From Lingula anatina (Eukaryota; Animalia; Brachiopoda): DNA of 64,000 nt. Position 1 is the first letter of the stretch, and every line of letters begins with the position of its first letter. A program made the position numbers and the translations under genes. Shown here one piece after another: positions 25,264 to 39,793 of the stretch. The notes under the pieces were generated by a model. That model saw nothing but the letters and a program-made list of their open reading frames with translations. It ran no database searches and was not told the origin of the DNA. The stretch spans positions 18,476,001 through 18,540,000 of the forward strand of contig CM120641.1 of assembly GCA_051362555.1 (NCBI GenBank), written 5' to 3'.

Positions 25264-28200
25264 ATTCAGTAAATACTAGTACTCCTTTAGAAGGTACAAT
25301 AACCCTAAGTAAAGTAAACAAATCACATCAAGAGATGGAGAACCCTTTGATGTTAGACAGAACAGTATTCTCTTACTTGAAACATATTGAATTTTATTGA
25401 TTGAATTGATTGCATTTTATTGATCATTTTGTACTACATATTACTTAGTATTACTTAAGTGTTTTTTATTCAGCATAGAATATATGTGCAGGTGGTCTCA
25501 TAGTAATTTTGTTTTTTGTTTGGGTAGTCAACAAATATGTAATGATTTTTTTTTTGCCAAAATTTTTCAGTAATGGCTTAAAAGAAAATTTTTTCAGTAT
25601 GTCAGTTGGTATGTTAGCTTATCATTTGGATATTTTTGAAATTGTTTTTCAATAATATTTTGTACACAATAAGTGCACATTTTATATACAAGAAGAATGG
25701 CAATTTAGCACCAGAATTGTAATCTCTGATGGAGAGAAAGAATAAGATTCATGTAAGTGTTTTTAATTATTCTAAAGATTTTAAAACCGTTTTAAAGAGG
25801 AGATGGCCAAAGGAAAATTCTGAAAATGCAAAGAGAATCACTATTGAGCTTTCAAAAAAAAAGCACTTTTTGAAGGAATTTCAGATGAAGTTGATTCTTT
25901 AAAAAACTGCAGAAAACTCAAGAAAACAACCCTGTGGTTACAGGGAATTTAACATTTAACACTCAAGAGCCAGTTTTGACTGCAACAAACAGAAGACCAG
26001 TACCAGTGGCTCATATTTCACATTCCTTTTTAACCACATCCTTAGACTTGATTTTACTGATGACTATTTGTGTCCTTTGGTGCTTTGTGTTTTTTTCTCT
26101 CCTCTGGCCAGCTGGTGAGTGCGAGAAGCTATTCATATTAATTGGACCTTCTTTTTCTATTGCTGCTAGCCAAGAGTATTGATCCATAGCATTCAGACCT
26201 GCCCATAATGGTAGAAGTTACATAACACATGCTTGCCCAGTATATTCAGTTTCTTGCAACCAGGGTGTACTGCAATTTGCACTTTGATTTAGTTATATTA
26301 TTCCATTCTTATCCCTCACTGAGATCCTTTTTAGGGCCTGAATATTCATGTCATTCATGGGCAATTGTGTTGGGTCCATTTCATGCAAAGCTGACCTCAG
26401 TGAAGCATAATATGGTCCTAAGTCAGGTAAAGGAGCTCTAGGCCGGGAGTTTGATTGACAACACAGGTTTCCTTCTTCTCTACCATTTGGCCAAGCTATT
26501 CAGCCATTGGTCAGTCTAGACTGTGTAATTACATAATACGTCTATTTAAATTAAGGCTTGGATAGCATAAACTAGGTTAGTAGGGTTAGGCATATATTGG
26601 TACCTTAAAACTAAGTGGGATTTATCATCGGCATGACCAGGTTGCATCATTAGGAAGTTTGGGTTTGATAAATAATTGTTGACATTGTCTACAGATTTAA
26701 TAGTTTAATGAATTTATTTTCCGTTTGTTGTATTGAAGGAGAGAATAGTTGTGCTCAATCCAAGGTCAACTTATATGGATGTTAAATGAACTCGGCCGGC
26801 CGGAGTGGTCAACACAGTGTGCCCATATAGATTTGGTCAGTATTCGACCAATACAAGCTGCCCCGTAACTATGAGAAGGTAGCAGCCAATGAAGATCGGT
26901 AAGTTCTCTATGTGCAAAGCAAAGTACATATATATGTTTCAAGATCAGCATTTGACTTAATCATAACAAGTGCACTTATTCTTCCATAAACCTTATAATA
27001 TATACACGTGCTGGTCAGCCATGCATGTGAGTTAGTTAAGAGATGGTTTGACCTATATAATTTTATATCATTCAGAGATCTGTGTGTAACTATATTAGCT
27101 ATGTAACTTAAGTCATACCCAGTAAACATACTGCCTCCGATGTAAAACAAAACCAACAGAACCTATACTGTTGTATAATAGTTGGTCTAGATTCCACCTG
27201 TGTGTTTTGGATGGACATGCAAGAAATACATTTGCAAGAAATATCAGCTAAGACCTCTGACACATGTGACTTGACCAGAAGGTGTGTTGTTTACTAGTTA
27301 TATGTGTAAGTCTTACAGGAATGCAGTGGTGTTTGAAGGGGATTTCATATTGGTTTGAATATATGCACCTTACCCAAACCTTCAAGACAACGTAGATAAC
27401 AGCATAAAGTACCTAATTTACAGTCATATACAGATTCCATGCAGATTGGATTTATAATATATGCAGTTTGTTTGTGTTGCTAATTTTTTGTTTCTATTTA
27501 AGTTGATTTTATTCCTTTGGTAAATTATTTTGAAAAATTATTTTTCCTTACCTGATTGCTATGTTGTTTCGATAATTAAAGACTAAAATGTTTAATTTTG
27601 TAAGACGTGGGGAGAGCGGGGCAAGATTTGGATTAAACTTAATTCAACAATATTTTGTATTAGTTGTCATTAAAATTTTAGTTTCTTTATATCAGATATT
27701 CAATAGTAATGATTTCCTTTTGAAAGTCTGTACACTATTGAGAATTTTAAGACAGTTTGCACCTTAAAGCAGTTTATTCCATTGGCCACATGGACCACTA
27801 GGCTTCAGAAAACTGCTAGTAAAAAGATGAAATTTGTAGACTTGTAGTTTATAAAAATTAATATAAATATGAAATCCATGTCAGACAAGTTACTTGAAAA
27901 AATCCAATGTTCTTGCAGGTCAGATTCCAAATCTACTATAGTCACTTGGTCAGTTCAGTACCACTGGTGATGGATGTGGCAGGTCACAGTATTATTATGG
28001 ATTAAATTGATGTTCAAACTGATTTTGCTATTGAGAGAAATATCAGAAGAATCAGTTGGTGAATAGCATAAGAAAATTGCAAGATCAGTTATTCAATGAA
28101 AACTAAAACGACTAATGAATCAGGCTAAGCAGAAACCTTGATCAATGAAAAGGAATGTACTCATTGCCCTTTTATAGGTACATGTAATTATAAATGATTC

Positions 28201-29645
28201 AGAAAAAATATATTTTATTAATTGTGAATTACACTATACTAGATAGATTTAGAAATCCACAGCTGTTTTCTTTTTGTATGAGAGATGCTATGGAAGCTAT
28301 AGGAAACGAAGTTCAATGTCATTTATCTGTTATTAATAGCTTTTGGAAATTGTTTCATTTAGAAAAACAAACATTTTTGTTACACCACATTTTAGTGGAA
28401 TTTCTCACAAAATTCAAACAAAATTAATCTTAAGAATTTCCCAAAACATTGTTATATATTTTAAATCCCTATAATTGATATAAAATCCTCACTAATGAGT
28501 TTCATTATGTCAGATTTATTTTTAAGATAGTATTGCGAATTTGAAGATAATAAGATGTTTGGAAAAATTTAGTTAAAAAAAAAATAAAATAAAGACCATT
28601 CATTCTGTTTACAAGAGTCAAGTACAGGGTTTTTGTTCCTTCTTTGTTCACTTAATTGTTCTATACAACCTATAATACATTTCCCACCAAGTGAATATTG
28701 ATTATAATCTGTTAACCAGAAGCATGTTGAAATTCAGTTCTTTTGATGATGTGACAAATTCTTGTGTCTTTCATCTCTTCATACAATAATAACCAATACA
28801 CAAAATTACCAAGCCACAAAACGAGATACATCCTTTTGTCTAAATTGAAGTGAAGTTTTTGCTCAAAACCCCCACATGTCACAGAACTATGATATGAGTT
28901 GAAACTTTTGTGAAATTGAAACAATGGTAGTCTGTTTTACTTGGTGAAAACTGATTTAATAATTCCTAATTCTTAAATATTTATTTTAAGAGTATTTTTA
29001 CTGGGGGTTTTTGAAAGGAAAAAATAGTTTTTTTCATTGATGCCAGGAACATTCATCTTCTGGATTTTCGGCTGCTGTGTAGATACCCTGAACAGGTCCT
29101 TACTAAATGCTTTGTTTTATATCCTTACGTTCATTTAATTAAGTTTTTTTACACTTTTTAAAAGATCTTTGTCCAGCATTGCAGTATATTCAACCAGTTT
29201 ATATATTATTAGTTCTCCCTTTATTTTCATCTACCAAGGATCTAATGGCATTGATCAACATGTTTTTTTTTTTTTATAAAATTGTATGTTTTTTTATCCA
29301 ACAAGGTTTTTCTTTTGAGTTGATGTATGAAAAAGAGATATATAAATTTGATTCAAAGTAAATGTGAAATAACAAACAATTTATCCTAAATATTAGAGTA
29401 CAGAAGAAAACTTTGCCATGTGTTTCTTAGTGTGGCTGATTACAATAAATATGGAAATTACCTAGTCATATTCTATTATATCTGATGTATTAGCCTAAGT
29501 GTGTATTTTAATCAGGTAGTAATGATAAGAAATATGTATGGGCCTAGTATATGTTTCAGAGTAGAGCTCATAGCTTGTAACACAAGCTGGTTGTATTGTA
29601 TCACTCTCATCTTTATCTTAAATACATTTTGAAATTTAGCTCCAT

Positions 29646-29958
29646 GAGGTCATTCAGAATGAGAAGAGCCAAGTGCTAGCAGGTCCATGGCCTAAATATG
29701 GCGGACCTATATGAAAGGAAGACTGCTTAATTCTGTAATGGTCTCTCCGCCTCTCACACGCCTCCCCACATATCGTCCATCGACTGGTCAAATTGAGCCG
29801 AGATTTAATTACTGTGCCCCTGCAGGGACGATGCATGGGGAGGCATGAAAGAGGCAGAGTGACCATTACAGGATTAAGCGGTCTTCCTTTCATGTAGGTC
29901 TGCCATATTTAGGCCGTGGACCAGCTAGTACTCGTCTCTTCTCATTCTGAATGGCCTC
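29646..29958. mobile_element. Foldback element (long imperfect palindrome)
   Basis: About 130-bp inverted arms GAGGTCATTCAGAATGAGAAGAG.../...CTCTTCTCATTCTGAATGGCCTC. Confidence 0.75.
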
Positions 29959-31740
29959 TATTTCTAAAAAGATACTAATGCATGACAAATCATGAAAGAG
30001 AATTTTAAGAAATCCTGTATTCTCTCCCTAAGCCTTTATTAATCTGAGAAATGAATTTAAGGGAACTTGTACTCACAATTTAAAATCATAAGTAGAAAAG
30101 GCATCCATATTTTATTACTAAAAACAGTTTACAATATTTGATGCATAAGATTTAGGCCTAATTGTGCTGTTTCAATTGCAGTCGAAAGCACTGGTCTGCC
30201 ATCCTGTCCTTCGGGTCATCACCACCTCACAGACCCAAGCTCCCTCACACAGAAGCAACACACAATTTTCCCATCATCTTGTTATATTTTATATTTTATA
30301 TATAGGTACACAATGTAGGTTCTTCCTGCAAAGAAAAAAAGAAAAATAACATTTTCATTGGGTAAGTGGTATTTTTCAACGAATAACCAACCTTTGATTT
30401 GCCTTTCCCGATTCTCACCATAACTCTGGTGTAATCTAGGAAAATAATAAGTCCTTAGCCCACCCTATAGATTTTTTTTCAAATTCTGTAATCCTTTGGG
30501 GTTAGTTCTCACTGACTTCTGAATTCCGCGTGATTTAAAACTGTTAAGTTGGTTGATGGGTACGTAGCCACAAGGTTTGTCAAAAGAGGGGAAATTTTAT
30601 TGTTTTTGGCAATATCAATTCATACTTAATTAACTTTTAAATTATGAGTCTTATGTTTTCAGATTAATGCAATGATAAGTGGTTTGCGTATTTAATGGTG
30701 TTTGAAATCCTATACTTTTCCTCATAAATGGTTATCAAAAATTTCCATGTAAGTATACATTTCACAGCAAAAATCAGAAATAAAAAACATACAAGAAGAA
30801 ATAATTTTTGAGTCTGGTTGTCATGTTCTTGTGGTGCCCATTACATAATATACAGTTTGAGGGCTAGACAGTTGGTGTTAGTCTCAAGGCTCCATTACCC
30901 CTGCCAAATGTACTGTAAGTCTTTGACTTCATGAAGGCTTAGCTAAGGCATGTATGATATTGTGAAATACTTTGAGAAATAGATTTTGGTAACATTTTAA
31001 GGCATTAAATTTCAATGTCACACACCTTTCACACAAAATATTACATATTTCTGGATCATTTTTTTATATTTTATCGGGATGAAAAATATTTATGACTGTC
31101 TCTTGTTGTGGTGAGCTTTTGTTTGTGTTCTGGATTTTGGGTCATTGAAGTACATTATAAAGTTTGAATGCTTTAAACATAGCATATTTCAGTGATATGA
31201 TGCTAATATATAATCAATAACAAAGTTAACTTTTTTTCACTAAAAATTTGCCTCTTATGACATAACTTCGAAGTTGGTTGAATATCCTTAAGTATTCTCT
31301 GAAAAAAAAAATTGAATAAGTTGAGTATCAGATTTCAGGATAAGCAATCTTCTTACCCTTTTTTTGGGGGGGGGGGTGAGAAGTCTGGCAGTTTTGTTGA
31401 AAGATGCTAACAGTCTTTTTGCTGTTAAAAATTTGGCAGCTGAGAAATTGATGTAAGTTACTAGTTATTTACTTTTTGAAGAATTTTGCACCATTGACAG
31501 GCATTTGGGAACCTTGCAATAATGTACTTAGCCTGCTGAATGATTATTATAACAAATTATTACACGACATCAAGGATCACTTTCAAAAACCTTTATTATT
31601 ATCAGTGTCATAATAATGAAGGAGAGTAAAACCATGTAACTATTATGAGTACACTCAACAGAGAATGATATCACTCCTGTAAAAGATGAAAAATGACATC
31701 AGAGACATACTTATCTTCATTGCAAATGGAGTGGGAATGG

Positions 31741-31930
31741 GCTCAGATTTAACAAATTAACATGCCCCTTCTTATTTTCAACATATTTTTATAATTACCA
31801 GCTTTACTGTGTTCTACTCAATGCCAGGACGAGGCGTCTTAATCTGTTAAACTGAATGCATTCAGTGAGAGTTCCCTTGAAGTTGGATCAATCTACATCA
31901 ACTGATAGTTTCAAAAGGAATTAGTCCAAT
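31741..31930. mobile_element. Foldback MITE family B, partial copy
   Basis: Shares TTCTACTCAATGCCAGGACGAGGCGTC...CTGTTAAACTGAATGCATTCAG...AGTTGGATCAATCT with the 25002 copy. Confidence 0.6.
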
Positions 31931-33623
31931 GAGATGAATGAGTGCAGGTACTGCAGTTAATTCTCAGTAAGTTTGAACAAAATTGATTTTTATTTCGAAG
32001 CAATTTTTTTATTAGTAATAACCCCAAAAAAATGTTTCATAAATTTTTTAAAGGCCTAAAGTTCATGTAATGGAATCTGTAATATCTGTCTTAAACCTAA
32101 AGTAATTAATAAGGTGAGACGTCTTCTAGTTGTGCTAGCATCGCATGGCAGTCTGACAACTAGGGATTGGTGTTATTATAGGAAGTTATATATATATGCC
32201 CTGTTTTGATGTACATATAATTATCAGCAATTAAAAGAATCTATAATTTTAGAATCCTAATGATTCATTTACATGAAGGAGCGCTTGACTCTGTATTCAT
32301 TATAGGAATAAATTGATGTAATTTGGTTATTCTAGAATTGCAAATTTTTCTTAAAAGACAATTAAGGTCAATTAACTTTATAATTAGACTTTTTTTAGAT
32401 ATAAAGCTCTTAAAAGAGACCTTGGGATGGGGGAGATAATTTAATTATATTAGGTGTTTACACATGAAATAAAAAAAATTAAGGATACTATAAGCATTTC
32501 CAAAAAGCTTCTTATTTACTGCTTTATATACATTCTTTTGTAAAACAGATAAATCGTTAGCGTTCAGTGACTGAATTCAGTGACTAAATTAATTAACATT
32601 TACACACATGTCATCATACAGGTGACGTCATAAATGTGATTTTGAGGTAAAAATGAAAAAAAAATGGGATTGAGGTCCATAGACATGTGGTCAACTATGC
32701 CAATTTTTGTGATAAAATCTTTAGGGATGAAGTTACGCCCCATACCGATTGCTGTCTCACCTCAAAATACAAAGGTGTGAAATTGATAATAAAAGCTTTG
32801 AGTTGCCTATGCTTATGCATGACAACAAGAAATATAAACGGTTTATTAAAACGCAGATATTTTATATTTTCAAGAAGATTTATTATTGAATAATTAGATG
32901 CAGGAAAAATCTCATTTTCAGTATCTGGATGATAATAAACTTTACAGTATCCTTAAGTGTATATGCACATACATACCTTACTACTTACATATAATATCTA
33001 AAGTAATTATGGTAGAAAATATTTAAGTTATTAAGATATATTACTATCTTGTCCATTGATGTATTCCATATTAAAACCTCAAAAAAATTATCAATAAACA
33101 TAAATGTAGACTAAAGGTGGTTGAATGGGGGGGGGGGGGGAGGGTTGGCATATTAAGCTATGAGCATCAATTCGAAAGATTATAATATTATATACATTAT
33201 ATGTGCCAGACAATGATCTGTATGTGAAAGTTTAAACATGATATGCAACAAATGAATAAATGAGGCCTATTTCATTTGATAAGTGTAGTCAAGATTGCTT
33301 TATGAACAGGAATTGAGCTTCTTATTCAGAGAAACCTTTTAAAAATTCTTGCATCTCTCTGTGCATCCAAGCCATTAACATGAGTAGAAAAAGGGCAGGT
33401 ATAACCTCCATGCATTGAATAATGCCCCAACATATTGCCTGCTGTGACAGATAAACTTCTTATTAACTAGGCCTCAACATACAATTTAATCTAAGATATA
33501 TCCTGTGATAAAATATCTGACCACTACTAAACTTGGAATCTTGATTTGATGGAGTATAATTTTCATATACATAATGATGATGAAGGTGCATGTTCATTGT
33601 CTTATGATTTACCAAGAGTAACA

Positions 33624-33886
33624 TTAGGGACTGTTCACAATGGATTTTTTCAACCTAGCTAATGTGTTCTAACTCCACAGGGCCTCTTGCTGAATGCAAT
33701 CAGATTAGTAGACTAACACGCCTTCTCCTGGCGTTGAGGAGAACATCCAAAGTTTGTGATTATAGATGAAAATTGAAAACAAGAGGGGGCGTGTCATTCC
33801 AAAAATCTGATTGCATACAGCAAGAGTCCATGTTGAGTTTGTGCACATCAGCTAGGTCATTAAAATTCATGGCCTACGGTCCCTTA
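33624..33886. mobile_element. Foldback MITE family B-related copy (opposite orientation)
   Basis: TTAGGGAC...GTCCCTTA ends; GGCCTCTTGCTGAATGCAATCAGA/TCTGATTGCATACAGCAAGAG arms. Confidence 0.6.
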
Positions 33887-34110
33887 GATACAAATGAAGA
33901 TGGTCTCTGATATCCTTATTGCTATGTTAGGTTATTGCACCACCAGAGAAACCTCTCTTAAAAAATCCTAATACTCACTGAGGATATATCTGTAACAATT
34001 TGTTTGGTTTCCTTTTTAAAGACACCTGTATATACTGAGTAGACCTTGCATGGATAAGTCAGTCTCTGTATTGGAAGACCATTTGAGCATAATTACGTAT
34101 AATACAACTT

Positions 34111-34165
34111 TTCAAATTCTTGAGCCAACATCACTTGACAAGTGATGTTGGCTCAAGAATTTGAA
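34111..34165. repeat. Perfect palindrome, 27-bp arms with 1-nt spacer
   Basis: TTCAAATTCTTGAGCCAACATCACTTG A CAAGTGATGTTGGCTCAAGAATTTGAA. Confidence 0.95.
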
Positions 34166-34408
34166 TGAACTTTATCTTTTCTTTTTCCTAATGTGAAAGT
34201 TTGAATTCATATGAATGACATTTTCATGCAGTTTTTGTAATGTTTATTTAATATTTTACAAAATCACATATCAGTTAAATCTCCTTTCTCTCTCTGTCTC
34301 TCAGAATATAACAATGGTTTAGCAAAGAAAAGAAAAGAAAAGCATTTCTGACAAATCTTTGATATTCATGGAACTACAGTTCATCATTTGTAGAACCTGA
34401 GCATGTGA

Positions 34409-34412
<4 letters not shown>

Positions 34413-34455
<43 letters not shown>

Positions 34456-34463
34456 GGGGGGGG
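34413..34463. repeat. (TG)n followed by poly-G
   Basis: Direct reading. Confidence 0.85.
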
Positions 34464-34829
34464 TCAAGTTGGAGTCCTTCCCCTTCTTTTAGCAATGCAC
34501 AATAATTTACAGTGTGAATGCACAACATCTGTCAATTTTTTTTTTTTTTGGAAAAAATGTGCTTAACTTTCTTGCCTGAGGATCAATAAAAAGACTGTCA
34601 TTTTATAATGTAAGTAAACATTGCATGCGGTACATAACCATGATTTACTGATAGTTCTCTATACAAGCTCCTGTGAAAGTTACCATTAATGTTGACTGCC
34701 CTCATCTGCCCGTCTTATCTGTAATGAAAAGACTATAATTTCTTTGTATGTTAAAGATATGCAAAACATGCTGAGGTTCACACGGGTTACAAATGGTGGG
34801 TGTAAAGCTGTGCTCACATCAGAACTAAT

Positions 34830-35190
34830 ATAGTAAAAAGTCTTTCTGATGTCAGTAAACAACTAGAACTTATAGTCAAAAGTCTTCCTGATGTCTGTAG
34901 ACTGCAAGAACTTAGTCAAAAGTCTTCCTATAATGTCAATAGATGGGTAGAACTTGGTCAAAAGTCTTCCTAATATCAGTAGACAGCTTAATTTTATCAA
35001 AAGTCTTCCTAATGTCAATAGAAAGCTTTTAATTATTATAGTAAAAAGTCTCTCTAATGTCATTGGACAGCTATAACTTGGTCTTCTTAATGCCAGTATA
35101 GACACTTACAGCTTAGTAGACAGCTAGAGCTTAGTCAAGAGTCTTTTTTAATTACAGCTAGAACTAAGTCAGAAGTCTTTCTGATATGAC
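34830..35190. repeat. Degenerate minisatellite, about 40-bp unit, about 8 copies
   Basis: Recurring AGTCAAAAGTCTTCCTAATGTCAGTAGACAGCTAGAACTT-like unit. Confidence 0.8.
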
Positions 35191-37653
35191 AAAAAAAAAC
35201 CTATTTTGTGCATTGTCACCATAAATTCTATTAAAGGGAATCTGTGTTACATATCATTCTCTAACTTACAAGAATGATTCTTATGAGTAAAATACAGCAT
35301 TTATTGGAAGATCAGTTTGATTTGGTTATTTTTCTTCCATTAATCCATTTTTTTGTGAAGTTTTTATTTTTCACATATTAGCATTTTCAGTGCATGACTT
35401 AAAAATCCCTATGCTAGTTACATTTTCTGAATGGCCATTTAAACTATGGTACATAATTAAATATTAGTGATTGCATTGGTAATCATTATGTAATGTTACA
35501 TCAAAACCAACAAAAAAGTATATTGTGCACTAGCACCCTTATTTTCTGCTTGTTGTCTGTACATTTGACAGCTTTGCTGCCTTGTTTTTCTGAATTTATA
35601 TGAGTAGGACATTTTTTTTGCATTTTCCTTTATTATAAAACTTACTTTCAAATTAACATATAGACTTTTTTGGTTATGAGGAATGAAAAGTCAGTGGGCA
35701 AACACATTGGGCATGTAGTCAACGAAGTAGTAGCCTGAAGGAAGACGTATAGCAAATCATTTATGGTAATTAAAATGAAGTGACAGCAATGGCCTCCACC
35801 ATATTGGATTTTCTGTGTCATTTATTGGAAAATTCCAATGATTTTACTCCACTGGCAATTCAAGGTATCAATCGATCTTCTGCCAGTGGCACTGTCTTCT
35901 TAGTGAATGGTTCCCTTTGAGCGCCATGTAAATGGAACGTAAGTTGTTTTCTTTGGCCGTTGTAACATGAATAATCCCTCCTTAAGCAGTATTACCAGGA
36001 ATGATATGACATAATTGATAATCAATTGTCAACTCAACCTAGTTGGTGACCCATTCTAAGAACACTGACCCTGTTTTTGTCTTTTTATCCAAGCAGACTA
36101 CGCCTTTGTGACATCTGCTATGAAGATGCTATGTCAATGAATATTGAAGTTCAAAAATGTTGCATAATTTCAAGGTGGCACACTGTGCTCTTGACTGGCT
36201 GCTCTACTAATAATAATACAATACATAACCAATTGAACTCAGCAGTTCATTGTATTCAAGTCCTAAATAAATAAAATATGTATGTTTTCTATTTGGGATC
36301 TAAAAGAAAAGAAAAAAGGTGGTGCTCCAGGCCTTATAATTTTCAAATACACATGAAAGAAGTTCTTAAAAGTCAAGGTAATGACATTACACAGCTATCT
36401 GCAGACAATAAAAGAATTACCACTATAAAAAAGTTGGGTACATTTACATGAAGTCTTACCTTGTGGATCCAGGTTAAAATTAACAGCATGTTGTTAAGTT
36501 TTTTTTAGCTCTAGATTTTAAGTGTACATAGTGATTGGCAGCTGATGAATAACAATCACTGATGTCCCATTTATTTATTTATTTACTAATCATAAAAATG
36601 AACAAAAATTTTATAGGAAAATATTTATTCTTAACTATCGATAAATGTAATGTTAAAACTAGTTTTTGAACAAAGAAAAAATTAAGGTGATGAGTGTGAT
36701 GATTTCAGTTTGAAAGACTTGCATTGTTATTGAAGAAACATGAATATTACACTTGAAAAAAGTTTATAAGGTACAGAATATAAAAAAGATAACATAATGA
36801 TGGTTATATAATTCTTTTATGTCAGTATGAGTTTCTTGCTTGAAGGCTGACATCACTCTTACTCTATGACCACAGCTGCAGGCTTTTTCCTTCTTGCGCA
36901 TTTTATATTCACTTTCTCTGCATGATCTCCTGTATTTTAGTGCATGTCTCTTTCTGCCTGTTATGTAACACTCGCCTCACTGCCAGCAAGGACTCACTGG
37001 GAAAGCCATCATAAAGTTTTACCTTTGTCGTTTAACAATCTTTTTGAAGGACAGTTATGCAATTTGTCACTGAGTACATTAATGGTCTTCAGAGCATCCT
37101 TCTCCTCATGGCTTTGAAATTATTGACTTTCAAGTAAAGATGGAATAGATAGTGATGGGATTGTAGAGTTATATGATGGGAGTTCTGTGGTATTTTTAAG
37201 GCAGGCAATTTCTACAAAGTAGTGTCAGTCACAATAAAGATTCAGAAATATTAAGAAGAAAATGCAAAAAAAAAAAAAAAAAAAAAAAAAAGGATTGATA
37301 TAAGATTGATACAATTAATTTTAAATGGATAAAGAAAAATATTTGTCAATGTTTAAATTTGCACCTTAACATATGATGGTTATACTGCATTACGAAAATG
37401 GAAGTTTTAGCAGAAGTGGAGACTGGTGGATTTAGCATATATTCTCCAATTTGCCAGTATTTCCACATATTTTTGAAATATTTACATCAGTGAATATATG
37501 AAAAAAGAAGATAACATTCTCATACATCTCTGGATATTCAAGAAGGATTTTACATTTTATGAAACAATGGCTGATACTGTACTGTACTAGTACTTGGTAT
37601 TAATTGCCTGTCTTACATAAAGGTAGAAAACTAAATTTTGTCATTAACATTGC

Positions 37654-37656
<3 letters not shown>

Positions 37657-37697
<41 letters not shown>
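37657..37697. repeat. (TA)n microsatellite
   Basis: Direct reading. Confidence 0.9.
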
Positions 37698-37701
<4 letters not shown>

Positions 37702-38709
37702 TTGTTCATATTTTTCAGGCTGAATTACACATAATTTTGGTTAAGAGAAAAGTATAATGAAATATAGTTTAGAATGTGCAGGTCCTCCCCAAAAAAAAGT
37801 AATAGCAGCTTAACACTTATTTGTTTAACATTACTTTTTGACTGAATAAAATCTTTCCAATTCTCTCCATTGACCAAAAGATTTTTGGATATCCTAGGTT
37901 TACTATAACTCATAGCAATGCAGGGAAGATAATAGACAAGACATTATGCACTTATCATGGGAATTAGCATGTCCATACTAAGATTAAATCTCAGCTAAGT
38001 AAATTGACTCCCTCCAGTTAGAACAAGGGATATTATATATGAATATGTCATAAGTTTGAAAGATTGGCCATGTTTTTTCAGCAAGAAGCACTTGTACATG
38101 TTGCTCCTGGGGCTCTTATATGACTTTTTCCGTAGAGAAAATAAGGGAATGATGTCTTTAGAAAGGCTTTAAAAAGTAATTTGGAATATTTGCTGGCACC
38201 TTTGGTCATCATATAGAAATCACTTCTTGGTCTCAGCTGCAAAACTGTTTTGATAATGAAGCAAAGGGAAAGCCAAGGGATCCATTATTATGCAAATAGA
38301 GAGATGAACTAACTGTCAAGTATTATGTAAGCACTTGTATTATGCAACCCCTTGGTCAGTACATCACTGTTCCTTCTATTCAAACTGACAGCTCTATCAC
38401 TGGGTGACCATTAGCTTGGCTGTTTGAAGTAAGGAAATGAGAATATATCTTGGCCAGCACAGGTTTGGCAGATGGATTTTATTGACCAATAGATAGATAT
38501 CTAGATGGAAATATATGTAAAATGTATGTGTTTTTCCACACGATACCAAGGTGCAAAGGAATTTATTGTTAGTCATGACAAGAAGATGAAATAAACATGA
38601 TGCTGCATGTATACCAGTAGCGAGGGTGATTTACGAAAATAAAAGTCAGAGAAGGTTGGGATGGTGAGACAGGATAACTTACACAATAAATTCTACCATG
38701 GCCCATCTC

Positions 38710-39404
38710 TCAGATGCCCCTTTGCATTCGAAAACAACATGCACCATGTCTATTTCCTATATGTTATTAAGCCCTATAGCAGCGGAATTGACAAAGCCCA
38801 TGCCGCATACGTCTTTTACTACAGAGCCCGAAAATGACATGGCTGTCTGTTTCGCCACTTACTTAACTCCATAGATGCAAGATTGACACAACCCATGTCA
38901 CGTTGTCTCTTACTGTGGATTTTTGAGCTTCAAATAGCTATGTTATAAAACTCGAAATTCACATGGTCATGCCTTGTTTGTCATTCACTGAGACCCATAA
39001 ATGCGAAATTGACCAGGCCCGCGCTGCATTTGTCTTATACACACATTTGTCTTATAAAACACGAAATTGACGTAGCCATGGTTAATTCGTAACTTGCTGG
39101 CTCCCATAAATACAAGATTTGCCAAGTTTCATTTGTCTTTTACTGTGGAATTTATGCTTTTAAATGACAATGTTATAAAACACTAAATAGACATGGCTTG
39201 TGTGATTATCGCAGTTGTGTCAGTTTCGCATCTATGGAGTTTAGAAAGTGGCAAAACAGACACAGCCATGTCATCTTCCTGGCTCTAAGCTCTATAGTAA
39301 AAGACAAATGCGACATGGGCCTTGTCAATTCTGCTGCCATAGGGCTTTATAACATACGAAATAGACACGGTGGATGTCGTTTTCTAATGTTAAGGGGCGT
39401 CTGA
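38710..39404. mobile_element. Long-TIR non-autonomous element with internal subrepeats
   Basis: About 190-bp diverged TIRs TCAGATGCCCCTT.../...AAGGGGCGTCTGA; internal repeated GTCTTTTACTGTGGA...ATGTTATAAAA blocks. Confidence 0.75.
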
Positions 39405-39735
39405 AATAATGATACAGAATAATCAAAGCATTCTAACACATTGTTGCTGTAAATACCATTGACCCACTTATCTGAAATTAAAGACTTTAGGAAGACTTTG
39501 AACTGCACCCTAGGTTTGTGTTAGTGTAATGTATAATTGTATTTTGATATGAAGTTGCCCATGAATAGTTTAAAAAGTTTATTTGAAAAATGGAAATCCT
39601 TAAAAGATGTAATTGAGTTAATTTATACATGTTATACTGATAGATAGAATTATGAAAAATTCCTCTAGGATCCTATAGCTTCACACCTTGGTCACAGTGG
39701 CCCATCACAGTGAGTTGTAATTTTTTGCAGAGGTC

Positions 39736-39737
<2 letters not shown>

Positions 39738-39770
<33 letters not shown>
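39738..39770. repeat. (GA)n microsatellite
   Basis: Direct reading. Confidence 0.9.
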
Positions 39771-39773
<3 letters not shown>

Positions 39774-39793
39774 AGGGGGGGGGACTGCACATT

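Noticed and set aside
27919-27982. Possible RAR start exon (ATG GAT GTG GCA G|gtcaca)
   Set aside because: Phase-compatible but the donor is weak; the 51810-51927 exon is better supported.
34830-35190. Regularly spaced repeats that superficially resemble a CRISPR array
   Set aside because: Whole units are degenerate copies of each other with no unique spacers, there are no cas genes, and the context is eukaryotic; it is a minisatellite.
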